64,000 nucleotides of DNA from Nemertoderma westbladi. Lineage: Eukaryota; Animalia; Xenacoelomorpha. Made by a program: the position numbers and the translations under genes. The stretch is from NCBI GenBank assembly GCA_032718475.1, contig JAUCBJ010002945.1, positions 1 through 64,000 on the forward strand. The letters are read 5' to 3'. The notes under the pieces were generated by a model. The model saw nothing but the letters and a program-made list of their open reading frames with translations, was not told where the DNA came from and did no database searches. Positions 51,977-63,121 of the stretch are shown here, piece after piece. Numbering within the stretch: position 1 is the stretch's first letter; each line of letters begins with the position of its first letter.

Positions 51977-52170
51977 CTGGCTGAAAATGGCCAAAATAAT
52001 TCACTAGGCAGCTAGGCACTAGGCCTACTTTTTTAATTTTTTTTCTTGAATTTCAACCCTGCAACCCGGGTTGATATCATTTTCAACCCGGGTTGAAATT
52101 CAATAAAACAAATGTTTATCAAAATAAAAATTAAAAAAATAGTGAATTATTCTGGCCTCTTTCAGCCACC
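51977..52170. mobile_element. Palindromic MITE upstream of MRPL30
   Basis: tggctgaaaatggccaaaataattcacta versus tagtgaattattctggcctctttcagcca; central caacccgggttg palindromes. Confidence 0.7.
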
Positions 52171-53149
52171 ATTATGTAACTGTAATATTGTTAAGGTTGA
52201 TGGTGATAGCTCAGTATGGTAGCTACAGTAGGAGTAGACTATCAGATCACGATTGTGCATCTGATACATTGGTACTATAGTCCATGGGCCAGCCAGCATA
52301 GGGGATACTTTTTGGTAACCATCTGGAACTTTTATTTTTGGAAAGACCTAGTTTCTGGCCATTCATTCTGATATGATAACAAATCTGAATCGGTAGCTGG
52401 CGTGGTGTTATCACCGGTTGTCATGGAAATGGTAAAACAACAAACATGCTGTAGTATTCTAATAACCCAATATAAATTCATTGCATCTTTTGAAAAAGAT
52501 AGCTACTGTTCTAACAATTCTAAATGTGACATAAAATTCTGGAATAGTAATAATGGAATAATAATACTAGGCCCCTACTGCTGTACTGTACAAACTGACA
52601 TAGGCATTAAGGTGTAGGCCAAAGGCGTCCTTTAGTACATTTTAAGTTGTAAAGGAAGTCTTGGCGTAGACAGTTAAGGCTAAGCAGCTTCTAAAGCGAT
52701 ACAAGGAGGCGATCAAAAACTTCGATCATGGGCGATTTTCCGTTCAAGGCGAATCCAATATGCTGGCTGTGTCGCTGCTTCATGTGAAAGGGATGGATGA
52801 GCCAGTTGCCTTTCCTCTTTGCGCGAGATAATCGAGTTAGTGGGAGAAAAAGCGCCACATGGGACGGGAGATAAAACGGTAGTAGACCCCAGGTTAGTCG
52901 GTGGTAATTATACTGTAATGAAATTATTTATTACATGGGAAAAAAAGTATAAATTTTTTCACTATTTTCGAGGCATTTTATTTACCGAGCGTCAGCGTGG
53001 TTAATAAAGGGTCGATAGAATATTGAAAAAAGTGTTCTAGATACGTTTTTCACATGTAATACGTAGTTTTATTCTTAAATTTGGACTTTTTGTTGCTCAA
53101 TTCTTTAAATTCTTTTAAGTTTAGTATTTTATTATATTGTTTCCATAAT

Positions 53150-53500
53150 TACTCTCCTGATGCTGCCTTACTCAATGTTAAATAATTTAGTGTTCTCGAT
53201 TATTTGTTACGTAACTAGAGAGCCGCTTAACAACATTAACCAATATTGGATATTGAGTTCCGTTTTGGAGTTCGCCTTGCAGACACTACAGTAAAGTAGC
53301 AATAACTTTTGAGTGTTTCAATGGATTTTGCTCAAATTATTTACAAACCTTTTGTACTCTTTATTCATTCAACACATGTAATATAATTTAAGAAATTCCA
53401 CCAAAAATATTTTATTTTACTTTTTACGCCGGGAAAAAGAGTTCAATTAAATCCTATGGGTTACTTATACTTTTTTCCCAAGGTAAAAAAAATTTTTTTC
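53150..53500 (-). repeat. Dispersed repeat, copy B (homologous to 1843-2200)
   Basis: ttacgtaactagagagccgcttaacaac...agttccgttttggagttcgcctt is the reverse complement of copy A. Confidence 0.75.
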
Positions 53501-53675
53501 CTAATGTTGGAGTATATTGAAGCGAAAAAGTAACAATTTAAGAATAAAAATTTATTAGCAATATACAAACACTGTGCCATAGAAAATAAAATAAATTTAT
53601 TAATGTAAAATATTTGTTAAACTAATATTTTTATCCACCCCCCCCCCCCCCCCCTCCCCCATTTGAGGTTAACTT

Positions 53676-53910
53676 CAGGGACAGCGATACGATACGATAC
53701 GATACGATACGATACGATACGATACGATACGATACGATACGATACGATACGATACGATACGATACGATACGATACGATACGATACGATAGGAACCAATTT
53801 TTCACGATACGATACGAATGCAATTTTGAGAAAGTACGATACGATACGAAAAATCCAAGATACGATACGAAATACGAAAAATGTTTCGTATTTTTTTCGT
53901 ATCGTATTTT
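53676..53910 (+). repeat. (GATAC)n microsatellite, probably at the end of a hAT-like MITE
   Basis: cagggacagc followed by ~20 gatac units; inverted tcgtatcgt downstream. Confidence 0.85.
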
Positions 53911-53964
53911 ATCTAAGAAATTATAAATATTGTATTGAATGGGAGAATCTTTTAGGCTCGTTAA

Positions 53965-54024
53965 ACCAAGGAATGCCTGTTCACCACCATGGGTGATCTT
54001 CCACAGTAAACCCTTCCACTCTGT
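53965..54024 (-). repeat. Solitary inverted monomer of the 63-bp minisatellite
   Basis: ccaaggaatgcctgttcaccaccatgggtgatcttccacagtaaacccttccactctgt is the reverse complement of the array unit. Confidence 0.9.
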
Positions 54025-55458
54025 CCGTCAACTTGTAATAAATATTTTATTGTATTTTGTATTACACTTAGAAAATCATATAAATCTCTATATAATATAA
54101 TATAATATAATATAATTTTTTATTTCATTGTTCCAGTAAGCTTGCTAGCAATAGTGTCCCTACTGCTGGCTACAACATTCATAAGGACATTATGCTACGG
54201 GGCCCAATGTAGGCCTTACCATATTACCATGCCACTTTATGTATACTGTACTGCTGTACCCTGTACCTAGGACTACTGCCGTTATTTATGGAATGATGTG
54301 CAGTACCAATATGGAAAAAATTCAAAACTACAATTTCGAAGTCAAACTAAAGAATAAAATAATGTTTTATTTTGAAAATAAATGTTTTATTTTTTTATTC
54401 TCTCACTACAGTAGAAAGACATATCATAACATCAATGCCTTGTATAGTAAGCGCGATTATAGTTCTCCTCAAGTTTATTTAAACTGTAATTATATTATTT
54501 ATGTTACATTTTATCATTTTTATACATTATACATGATTAACGGTCCTCCTTTCTTAAAACATTTTATTAAAATGGGTAATAAAACTGGAGCTGCAACCTA
54601 ATTTATTCACATGTAAAGAAATAGGTGGTGTGATCTTTTGGTTTGACGGTTAAAAACATTAATACAGGTTACAAATTAATAAGAAGAATTGAAGATGAAG
54701 ATCCTCATGATTCAGATTATGAGGGGCCTACTGGGAATGAAGGCGAAGCGGCGCCTATGTCTCGTTGGTATACAAAGCCGGCAATGTTTTTTGGCCAAAG
54801 AAGCTCAGGGTATCCGTTTTGGGTAGTGATTTTGGTATCGACCTGCTTTGCTCTATATTAACTTATGGTAATATGAATGGGGCTGATGCTCTTTCTGGAT
54901 ATGGTCATGTTATCGAGCTATTTGAAGCTTGTCGTTTTCAGGCAAAATGGACACAATCTGTGGAAGAGAAGGTCATCAGTGCAATGGATAGTGAATCGAC
55001 ACCTCCTGTTTTGATATCAACGAAACGCTTGATCTTAATTTGGTAGTGGTTCCACCTTTGCTACATAATATTATATGTCGCTCTGGTAACTGTGACCTTT
55101 TTCAAAAAGAGATAGTTAGTCTTGTCATACGGGCATGCCAGTTAGAAAATGGAACAAAGAATGCTTGGGATTTACTAGCGACTTTATGTGGTGGTCCAAG
55201 AGGATCAGTTGGTAAAACGGTGGAAATAATTTACCGAAATTAGTGATATAACAGATGAATCGGTTTAATTTAAAGAAATGGTTGAAGTTCTTGTGGATGG
55301 TATGGCAAAGAAATTACCCTTAAACAACTCCGCTCCTACACCATTATCCTCCCACCACTCAATCACATTCGTATGAGAAAGCGAGATTTAATATAAAAGT
55401 AAGTTTATTTCGAAATAACAGGAGAGAAGGATATTTAGCAAGTCGTTAGACTTGATTA

Positions 55459-58117
55459 CTGTAAGAAAAAAAAGCTACTGGCTACTGACTACTGACTACT
55501 GGCTACTGACCTAGAGCAAAAACGGCTCTAACGATTTTGATGAAATTTTGCATGGACCATGAAAATAGATTTCTAAGGGTACTTGTGAAATCGCGGTTTA
55601 AATTGAAACATCTCAACTTGTTTTATTTCGAAAAATAGCCCCAAAACACGAAAATTACCATAGGCGCAATGATAAAACACCAGCTGGCACTTCACTGAGT
55701 CTGTACTCCCAGATATTCCCATTGGTAATATCTCCTTTGCAGAAGTGAAGGCTGCTGCAAAGAGCATTAAGACCAATCGTGCCAGTGGAGTAGATGGTGT
55801 TCCCCCTGAGGTCTTTAAAATACCTGAGTGTTTAAAGCTCATCTATCCCATCATAGTAGACATGTACCGTACAACAAGAGTCCCACAAGAAATGAAAACA
55901 AATAAGTTGGTGCCAGTTCCCAAGAAGGGCAACCTAACACTCTATGGTTCTTTTCGGGGAATCTCATTGATCTCGATTGCTGCAAAGCTATACAATAGAA
56001 TTCTATTAAATCGCATCAGGGATCCCATTGAGAGACTGCTCCGTGGAAATCAGAATGGGTTCCGTAAAGGTCGTGGGACCATGGAGCCCATTTTGGCACT
56101 TAGAAGGATAATTGAAGAGTTATCAAAAAAGAAAGACAGGCATCTGGCTGTTATCTTTGTTGACTTCTTCAAGGCCTTTGATTCAGTCTCTCGCTCACGT
56201 ATGTTCAGCATACTTTCATTATATGGGATTCCTGATGAAATTATTGCAGCAATCAGATCAGTATACGATGGTTCGACAACATTTGTGTCTACTGTTGACG
56301 GTGACACAGAACCATTTGAAGTGTTATGGCGCGTCCTCCAGGGAGACACACTTGCACCATTCTTGTTCATAATTGTTGTTGACTATGTTCTACGCATGTC
56401 CATAGATCATCATAATGATGATGGGGTGATGATAACTCCACCTACTGGCTCCAGAAGTCCAGGAAATCCTGCCAAGTACCTAACTGATCTAGACTTTGCT
56501 GATGACTTAGGAGTACTCTCAGAATCACTAGAGGGAGCCCAACGGCTCCTCAGCTCATTAGAACATGCTGCTTCTAGTGTTGGTCTTTTTATTAACTCCA
56601 GAAAGACCAACATTTTGACAGTTAACTTTGAAAGTCCTCAGCAAGTCTCTGATCGGATGAGCATAAGCTCAAAAGATGGTATGCTTGAGCATGTGGATGA
56701 CTTCTGTTACCTGGGATCATGGATCCGGAAGTCAGGTGAGGACCTTCGAATACGTAAGGGAAAGTCATGGGCAGCCTTGAATAGGCTTTCCAGGATTTGG
56801 AAGTCACCGAGAATTAATCGGAAACTTAAGGTCCGGTTATTTAGAGCAGCAGTAGTTCCAGTACTCCTCTATGGGAGTCCATGCTAGGCTCTAACTGCTG
56901 AGGACACCAAATCTCTGGACGGCACATTCACAAGAATGCTACGCCGGGTTCATTGTGTCAAGTTCAATGCACACATCTCCAACCAGACACTATATAACAT
57001 TGGAGGTGTCTCAATGGTTCCCCCAAGCTTGACACTAGAACAAAATCGCCTCCACTTTGCAGGACATTGCTTTCGCCGTGAGGACCAGCCAGTGCATAAT
57101 CTTGTACTTTGGCAGCCTCATGGAGTGAATAAGCATGGTGGACAGCCCATGACTTTCTTGAGACGCATCTTAAAGGACAATGGCCTTGAAGATGCAGATG
57201 ATCTAGCAAATGTCATGGGTGATAGGGAGTTGTGGCGGTGCAATTTTGTCGATAAGCCGGCACAGCATTCTTAACAATGCAGCTGCAATGCAGCATGCCG
57301 ATCCTAGTAGTCCTAGTGGCACTCATGAAAAATGTATAGAGATGGCCTGGTAATGCATTCAATAGGAAGGGCAACTAACAAAGAAGTACTTTCTCTGCCA
57401 AGTTTTACTATCACTCTACTCTACAACCCAGACAGTAATCAAACAAAACATTAACTGGTTTAGCTGGCTATTACAGTCTCAGCTGAATAACTCTTCCCAA
57501 TGCATCCTTGCTAAGTTAATTAATTGGCGTGCAAGCTAAATGACTGTTAGTTATACAGTGTGTTGGCTACACCGTGTATTGTACTATGCTCTCATCGCAT
57601 TATTGTTTTATTTTGAAATTGTTGTGCCAACATTAATACTGTGGGTGGAGGCTGTATGCTTATAAGGCTGAATATTTACTCAGCCTCAAAATGATTCTCC
57701 ATAAGGCTAACTTTATAGTTTGAAATATAAAAATCTGTTATAATAATAATATAATTGTTAAATTTAATTAAATACGATATTTAATATCGTGGTTTACATT
57801 GAACAGTGTAAATTGTTAATCGCGGTTTACATTGAAACATCTCAACTTGTTTTATTTATTACAAAAATAAGAACGAATTTGTCTTATCACTTCTTGTGCG
57901 CGATTGTATTGAATTCATGGCGACTGCTGTTATTTTATTAATCAATTGACACCTCGACTCCTCTCTGATAGAACAAAATAATCATTTCGCTAACTGCTCT
58001 CTATCTTCTATAATCATAACAGCTTTTATAATTCATTAGATGATTACAACATAATAATTATAGTTTGAAGTTGTCTAGAAAATTTCTCGTACACCACCGG
58101 GACTACGCTCACACTAA
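55459..58117 (+). mobile_element. Helitron/Helentron-like non-autonomous element carrying a nested LINE
   Basis: 5' (ctactga)n microsatellite plus aaaacggctctaacgattttgatgaaattt; 3' ccaccggg...cactaa; flanked by TTGATTA direct repeats. Confidence 0.55.
55681..57317 (+). mobile_element. 5'-truncated RTE-like non-LTR retrotransposon, copy 2 (premature TAG at 56885)
   Basis: 380-aa RT ORF nearly identical to copy 1; ASGVDGVPPE and LTDLDFADD motifs; cctagtagt tail. Confidence 0.92.
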
Positions 58118-59228
58118 TTGATTATCAGACAGAACAAAAAGCTTTTACTTGACTCGTACTGTCTCCTACGACTTGCTTCACGGGCCGCTAGGCGCGTCTC
58201 TAGAATCTGTCTGCAGAACCTTTGGTCAACTCGTTACTTACCCTCATCCACCTTGGCAACCAGAGCATCATCAACAAGATGCTGACACTGGTATCGAATA
58301 ATCAATCACGTTTCTCCCCTTTCTCTATTGCGAAAACATTTGCAAGGCCACAATACATCCTCAAGATAGATACACATCATACCAAACATGGTACATTATA
58401 TACCAACCATGTGTTTAAGCCACTCAGGATTACATTTGTCAATGCAATTGAAGGTATGCACAGCAACACCAATGCCAATGAACCACCCTTTGAGGCAAGC
58501 GAATTGATGTTAGTTTTAGGAGCTTTGTTAGTGACAGTCGGAGTAAAGGAGGTGTTAAAATCATTAGTGGCCATCACAGACAATAAAGCACTATTCCCAC
58601 CACTCTCGACAACTGTACCGGCTGTTTCTGAGATCCTGAAGGACCCAACATATCGACATATGATAATGCTAGAAGAGCACCATGCTTCAGTGTGGGCCGA
58701 TGTGCTTATGAGTGCTTTTGATGGAGTCGCCTTTGATTCGGAGTCACGAGTCCATTCCACCATGGGAGAAAGCAGTGATACTGAAGCAGGTAAGACCATG
58801 AGTAACGCTATTGTGTCCGCTTACATCTGTATGTGCGATTTTGATGTGGCATCGTCTGGCCTACCTGATTGTAATTCTTCCTGGAAGTAAATCTGCTGCA
58901 TTCTCATTGGAGATTTACTCAAAGCTCGGTTCATCACCTAGGATTATACGTGAAGATAAAGCTGCTTGAGTTAATATCGACAGTGGCTAAACGAGTGACT
59001 CATCTTACCAGTGTACCTGTAGTTAAAGACTGGAAAATGAAAGGAGCGTTTACGCCAAAGTGTCAGTGTCGTGATTGTATTTCTGTGGCCCCATTATTTT
59101 CTGATGGGTTGAAGAATACGTTGCTACTGCCTGGCCGCAACGTTGTTTGGAAGGGCCACCTCGCACATAATCTCATAGAATCAGCCAATCAGGAAGCGAA
59201 AGGCACCGGGTTTGCCATTGATATGCAG

Positions 59229-59564
59229 TGTTCTAAGATATGTAGCGTTAATGGAATGTTCTAAGGGTTGTAGCGTAAATGGAATGTTCTAAGGGTTGTC
59301 GCGTTAATGGAATGTTCTAAGGGTTGTAGCGTTAATGGAATGTTCTAAGGGTTGTCGCGTTAATGGAATGTTCTAAGGGTTGTAGCGTTAATGGAATGTT
59401 CTAAGGGTTGTAGCGTTAATGGAATGTTCTAAGGGTTGTAGCGTTAATGGAATGTTCTAAGGGTTGTAGCGTTAATGGAATGTTCTAAGGGTTGTAGCGT
59501 TAATGGAATGTTCTAAGGGTTGTAGCGTTAATGGAATGTTCTAAGGGTTGTAGCGTTAATGGAA
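59229..59564. repeat. 28-bp tandem repeat, ~12 copies, inside the oxygenase pseudogene
   Basis: Unit tgttctaagggttgtagcgttaatggaa. Confidence 0.95.
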
Positions 59565-60123
59565 AGCTGTTGATTGTGAATAAGGGGAGGACACCCGCCT
59601 CTGTATTGAAGGATTACAATAGACTTTAAGAACAGCGGTTGACAGACCAACAGCGGCTGACTCGGGTCACTAAACGATATTATATCCGAATGCGATAGGC
59701 TCGGTAGGAAAAGGAAGTTGTAAGTAAACTTGGAGAACGATGATAGTTGAACTCAGTGAGCCGGAACCGGAACCGGAACTGTAATCATAAACTTATTCAT
59801 AAAATCAAACTACTGTAGCTATGGGCCAGGTCTACTATATGATTTTGAATTTTAAAACTAATTTAGTTGAAATTTTAGTAGTGACAAATACAATAAATGT
59901 ACTGGGACATATTTTATAAAATTTCTTAATAATATTGAAATATAAAAAATAATACAATATATTATTTATGGCTATATTTATTCATATAAATGACATGTCA
60001 ATGAATTTTATTAATCAGTCATGCACAGAACGGTACAGTATAAAGTATATGTTACAAGGGATCGAAGTTATTTTACAGTTTCTTCCACTCTGCTTCTCAT
60101 CACGGGCTTCCAGTTTGTTGATA

Positions 60124-62835
60124 GCAGCTAGTTTATCTCCCGTCGTTGCAGATAGTTTATCTCCCGCCGTTGCAGCTAGTTTATCTCCCATCGTTGCAGC
60201 TAGTTTATCTCCCGTCGTTGCAGATAGTTTATCTCCCGCCGTTGCAGCTACTTTATCTCCCGTCGTTGCAGCTAGTTTATCTCCCGTCGTTCCAGCTAGT
60301 TTATCTCCCGTCGTTGCAGCTAGTTTATCTCCCGTCGTTCCAGATAGTTTATCTCCCGTCGTTCCAGATAGTTTATCTCCCGTCGTTCCAGATATTTTAT
60401 CTCCCGCCGTTGCAGCTAGTTTTTCTCCCGTCGTCCCAGATAGTTCATCTCCCGTCATTGCAGCTAGTTTATCTCCCGTCGTTGCAGCTAGTTTATCTCC
60501 CGTCGTTCCAGATAGTTTATCTCCCGTCGTTCCAGATAGTTTATCTCCCGTCGTTGCAGCTAGTTTATCTCCCGTCGTTCCAGATAGTTTATCTCCCGCC
60601 GTTCCAGCTAGTTTATCTCCCGTCGTTGCAGCTAGTTTATCTCCCGTCGTTGCAGCTAGTTTATCTCCCGCTGTTGCAGCGAGTTTATCTCCCGTCGTTC
60701 CAGATAGTTTATCTCCCGTCGTTGCAGTCAGTTTATCTCCCACCGTTGCAGCTAGTTTATCTCCCGCCGTTTCAGCTAGTTTTTCTCCCGCCGTTTCAGC
60801 TAGTTTATCTCCCGCCGTTGCAGCTAGTTTATCTCCCGCCGTTGCAGCGAGTTTATCTCCCGTCGTTGCAGCTAGTTTATCTCCCGCCGTTGCAGCGAGT
60901 TTATCTCCCGTCGTTCCAGATAGTTTATCTCCCGTCGTTCCAGCTAGTTTATCTCCCGTCGTTGCAGCTAGTTTATCTCCCGTCGTTCCAGATAGTTTAT
61001 CTCCCGTCGTTCCAGATAGTTTATCTCCCGTCGTTCCAGATATTTTATCTCCCGCCGTTGCAGCTAGTTTTTCTCCCGTCGTCCCAGATAGTTCATCTCC
61101 CGTCATTGCAGCTAGTTTATCTCCCGTCGTTGCAGCTAGTTTATCTCCCGTCGTTCCAGATAGTTTATCTCCCGTCGTTCCAGATAGTTTATCTCCCGTC
61201 GTTGCAGCTAGTTTATCTCCCGTCGTTCCAGATAGTTTATCTCCCGCCGTTCCAGCTAGTTTATCTCCCGTCGTTGCAGCTAGTTTATCTCCCGTCGTTG
61301 CAGCTAGTTTATCTCCCGCTGTTGCAGCGAGTTTATCTCCCGTCGTTCCAGATAGTTTATCTCCCGTCGTTGCAGTCAGTTTATCTCCCACCGTTGCAGC
61401 TAGTTTATCTCCCGCCGTTTCAGCTAGTTTTTCTCCCGCCGTTTCAGCTAGTTTATCTCCCGTCGTTCCAGATAGTTTATCTCCAATCATTCAAGATAGT
61501 TTATCTCCCGCCGTTGCAGCTAGTTTTTCTCCCGTCGTCCCGGATAGTTCATCTCCCGTCATTGCAGCTAGTTTATCTCCCGCTGTTGCAGCGAGTTTAT
61601 TTCCCGTCGTTGTAGATAGTTTATCTCCCGCCGTTGCAGCTAGTTTATCTCCCGTCGTTCCAGATAGTTTATCTCCCGCCGTTGCAGCTAGTTTATCTCC
61701 CGCCGTTTCAGCTAGTTTATCCCCCATCATTCAAGATAGTTTATCTCCCGCCGTTTCAGCTAGTTTTTCTCCCGTCGTCCCAGATAGTTTATCTCCCGTC
61801 GTTCCAGATAGTTTATCTCCCATCGTTGCAGCTAGTTTATCTCCCATCGTTGCAGCTAGTTCATCTCCCGTCATTGCAGCGAGTTTATCTCCCGTCGTTG
61901 TAGATAGTTTATCTCCCGCTGTTGCAGCGAGTTTATCTCCCGTCGTTGTAGATAGTTTATCTCCCGCTGTTGCAGCTAGTTTATCTCCCGTCGTTCCAGA
62001 TAGTTTATCTCCCGCCGTTGCAGCTAGTTTATCTCCCATCGTTGCAGTCAGTTCATCTCCCGTCATTGCAGATAGTTTATCTCCCGCTGTTGCAGATAGT
62101 TTATCTCCCGCTGTTGCAGCGAGTTTATCTCCCGCCGTTGCAGCTAGTTTATCTCCCGTCGTTCCAGATAGTTTATCTCCCGCCGTTGCAGCTAGTTTAT
62201 CTCCCGCTGTTGCAGCTAGTTTATCTCCCGTCGTTCCAGATATTTTATCTCACGCCGTTGCTGCTAGTTTATCTCCCGCCGTTTCAGATAGTTTATCTCC
62301 CGTCGTTCCAGATATTTATCTCCCGCCGTTGCAGCTAGTTTATCTCCCGCCGTTTCAGATAGTTTATCTCCCGTCGTCCCAGATAGTTCATCTCCCGTCA
62401 TTCCAGCTAGTTTATCTCCCGTCGTTCCAGATAGTTTATCTCCCGCCGTTTCAGATAGTTTATCTCCCGTCGTTCCAGATATTTATCTCCCGCCGTTGCA
62501 GCTAGTTTATCTCCCGCCGTTTCAGATAGTTTATCTCCCGTCGTCCCAGATAGTTCATCTCCCGTCATTCCAGCTAGTTTATCTCCCGCTGTTGCAGCGA
62601 GTTTATCTCCCGTCGTTGTAGATAGTTTATCTCCCGCCGTTGCAGCTAGTTTATCTCCCGTCGTTCCAGATAGTTTATCTCCCGTCATTGCAGCTAGTTT
62701 ATCTCCCGTCGTTCCAGATAGTTTATCTCCCGTCGTTCCAGATAGTTTATCTCCCGCCGTTGCGGAGAGTTTATCTCCCGTCGTTCCAGATAGTTTATCT
62801 CCCGTCGTTGCAGGGAGTTTATCTTCCACCGTCGT
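60124..62835. repeat. 24-bp minisatellite (~113 copies) with a 648-bp internal duplication; long open frames on both strands
   Basis: Unit gcagctagtttatctcccgtcgtt; the gatatttt variant recurs at 60391 and 61039. Confidence 0.96.
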
Positions 62836-62843
62836 CCCTGGAG

Positions 62844-63121
62844 CTCGCCCATGTGAAGAATACCAGGATTTCACTTTTTGTTCGACTTTTTACTGGAATT
62901 TTATATATGAAGATTTTTAATTTTTTTAAATTTATCCTTAAGAAGTGATTTATAGCGCTTATTTCTGTCTTATAACCTGTACATATACTAATTCGTTTAT
63001 TGTTTTGGTTAGATTCAGCCCTTCTGTAACCTGCGTTTTTGGTGAAAACCTGGTATTCTTCACATGGGGGTAACTGCAAAGAGAAATATAACGGCAGAAA
63101 GTCTGGTATTCTTCACATGGG
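62844..63121. mobile_element. Small TIR element with CCCATGTG ends, duplicated right TIR and 8-bp flanking direct repeat
   Basis: cccatgtgaagaataccag at 62848; ctggtattcttcacatggg ending at 63068 and at 63121; CCCTGGAG at 62836-62843 and 63122-63129. Confidence 0.7.

Larger units (their letters stand above)
52685..59630 (+). pseudogene. Disrupted large 2OG-Fe(II) oxygenase-family gene (bacterial/fungal-type architecture)
   Basis: N-terminal GRFSVQG...LHVKGMDEPVAFPL/EKAPHGTGDKTVVDP (52685-52892, GTTAGT donor); post-catalytic YEGPTGNEG...RWY/VFWP (from 54668); C-terminal DW...CQCRDC...HL (59030-59180). Multiple frameshifts and insertions. Confidence 0.65.

Noticed and set aside
60077-60130. 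LAAINKLEARDEKQSGRN as an upstream ninein exon
   Set aside because: Weak donor (GTAAAA) and no independent support for linkage to the gene.
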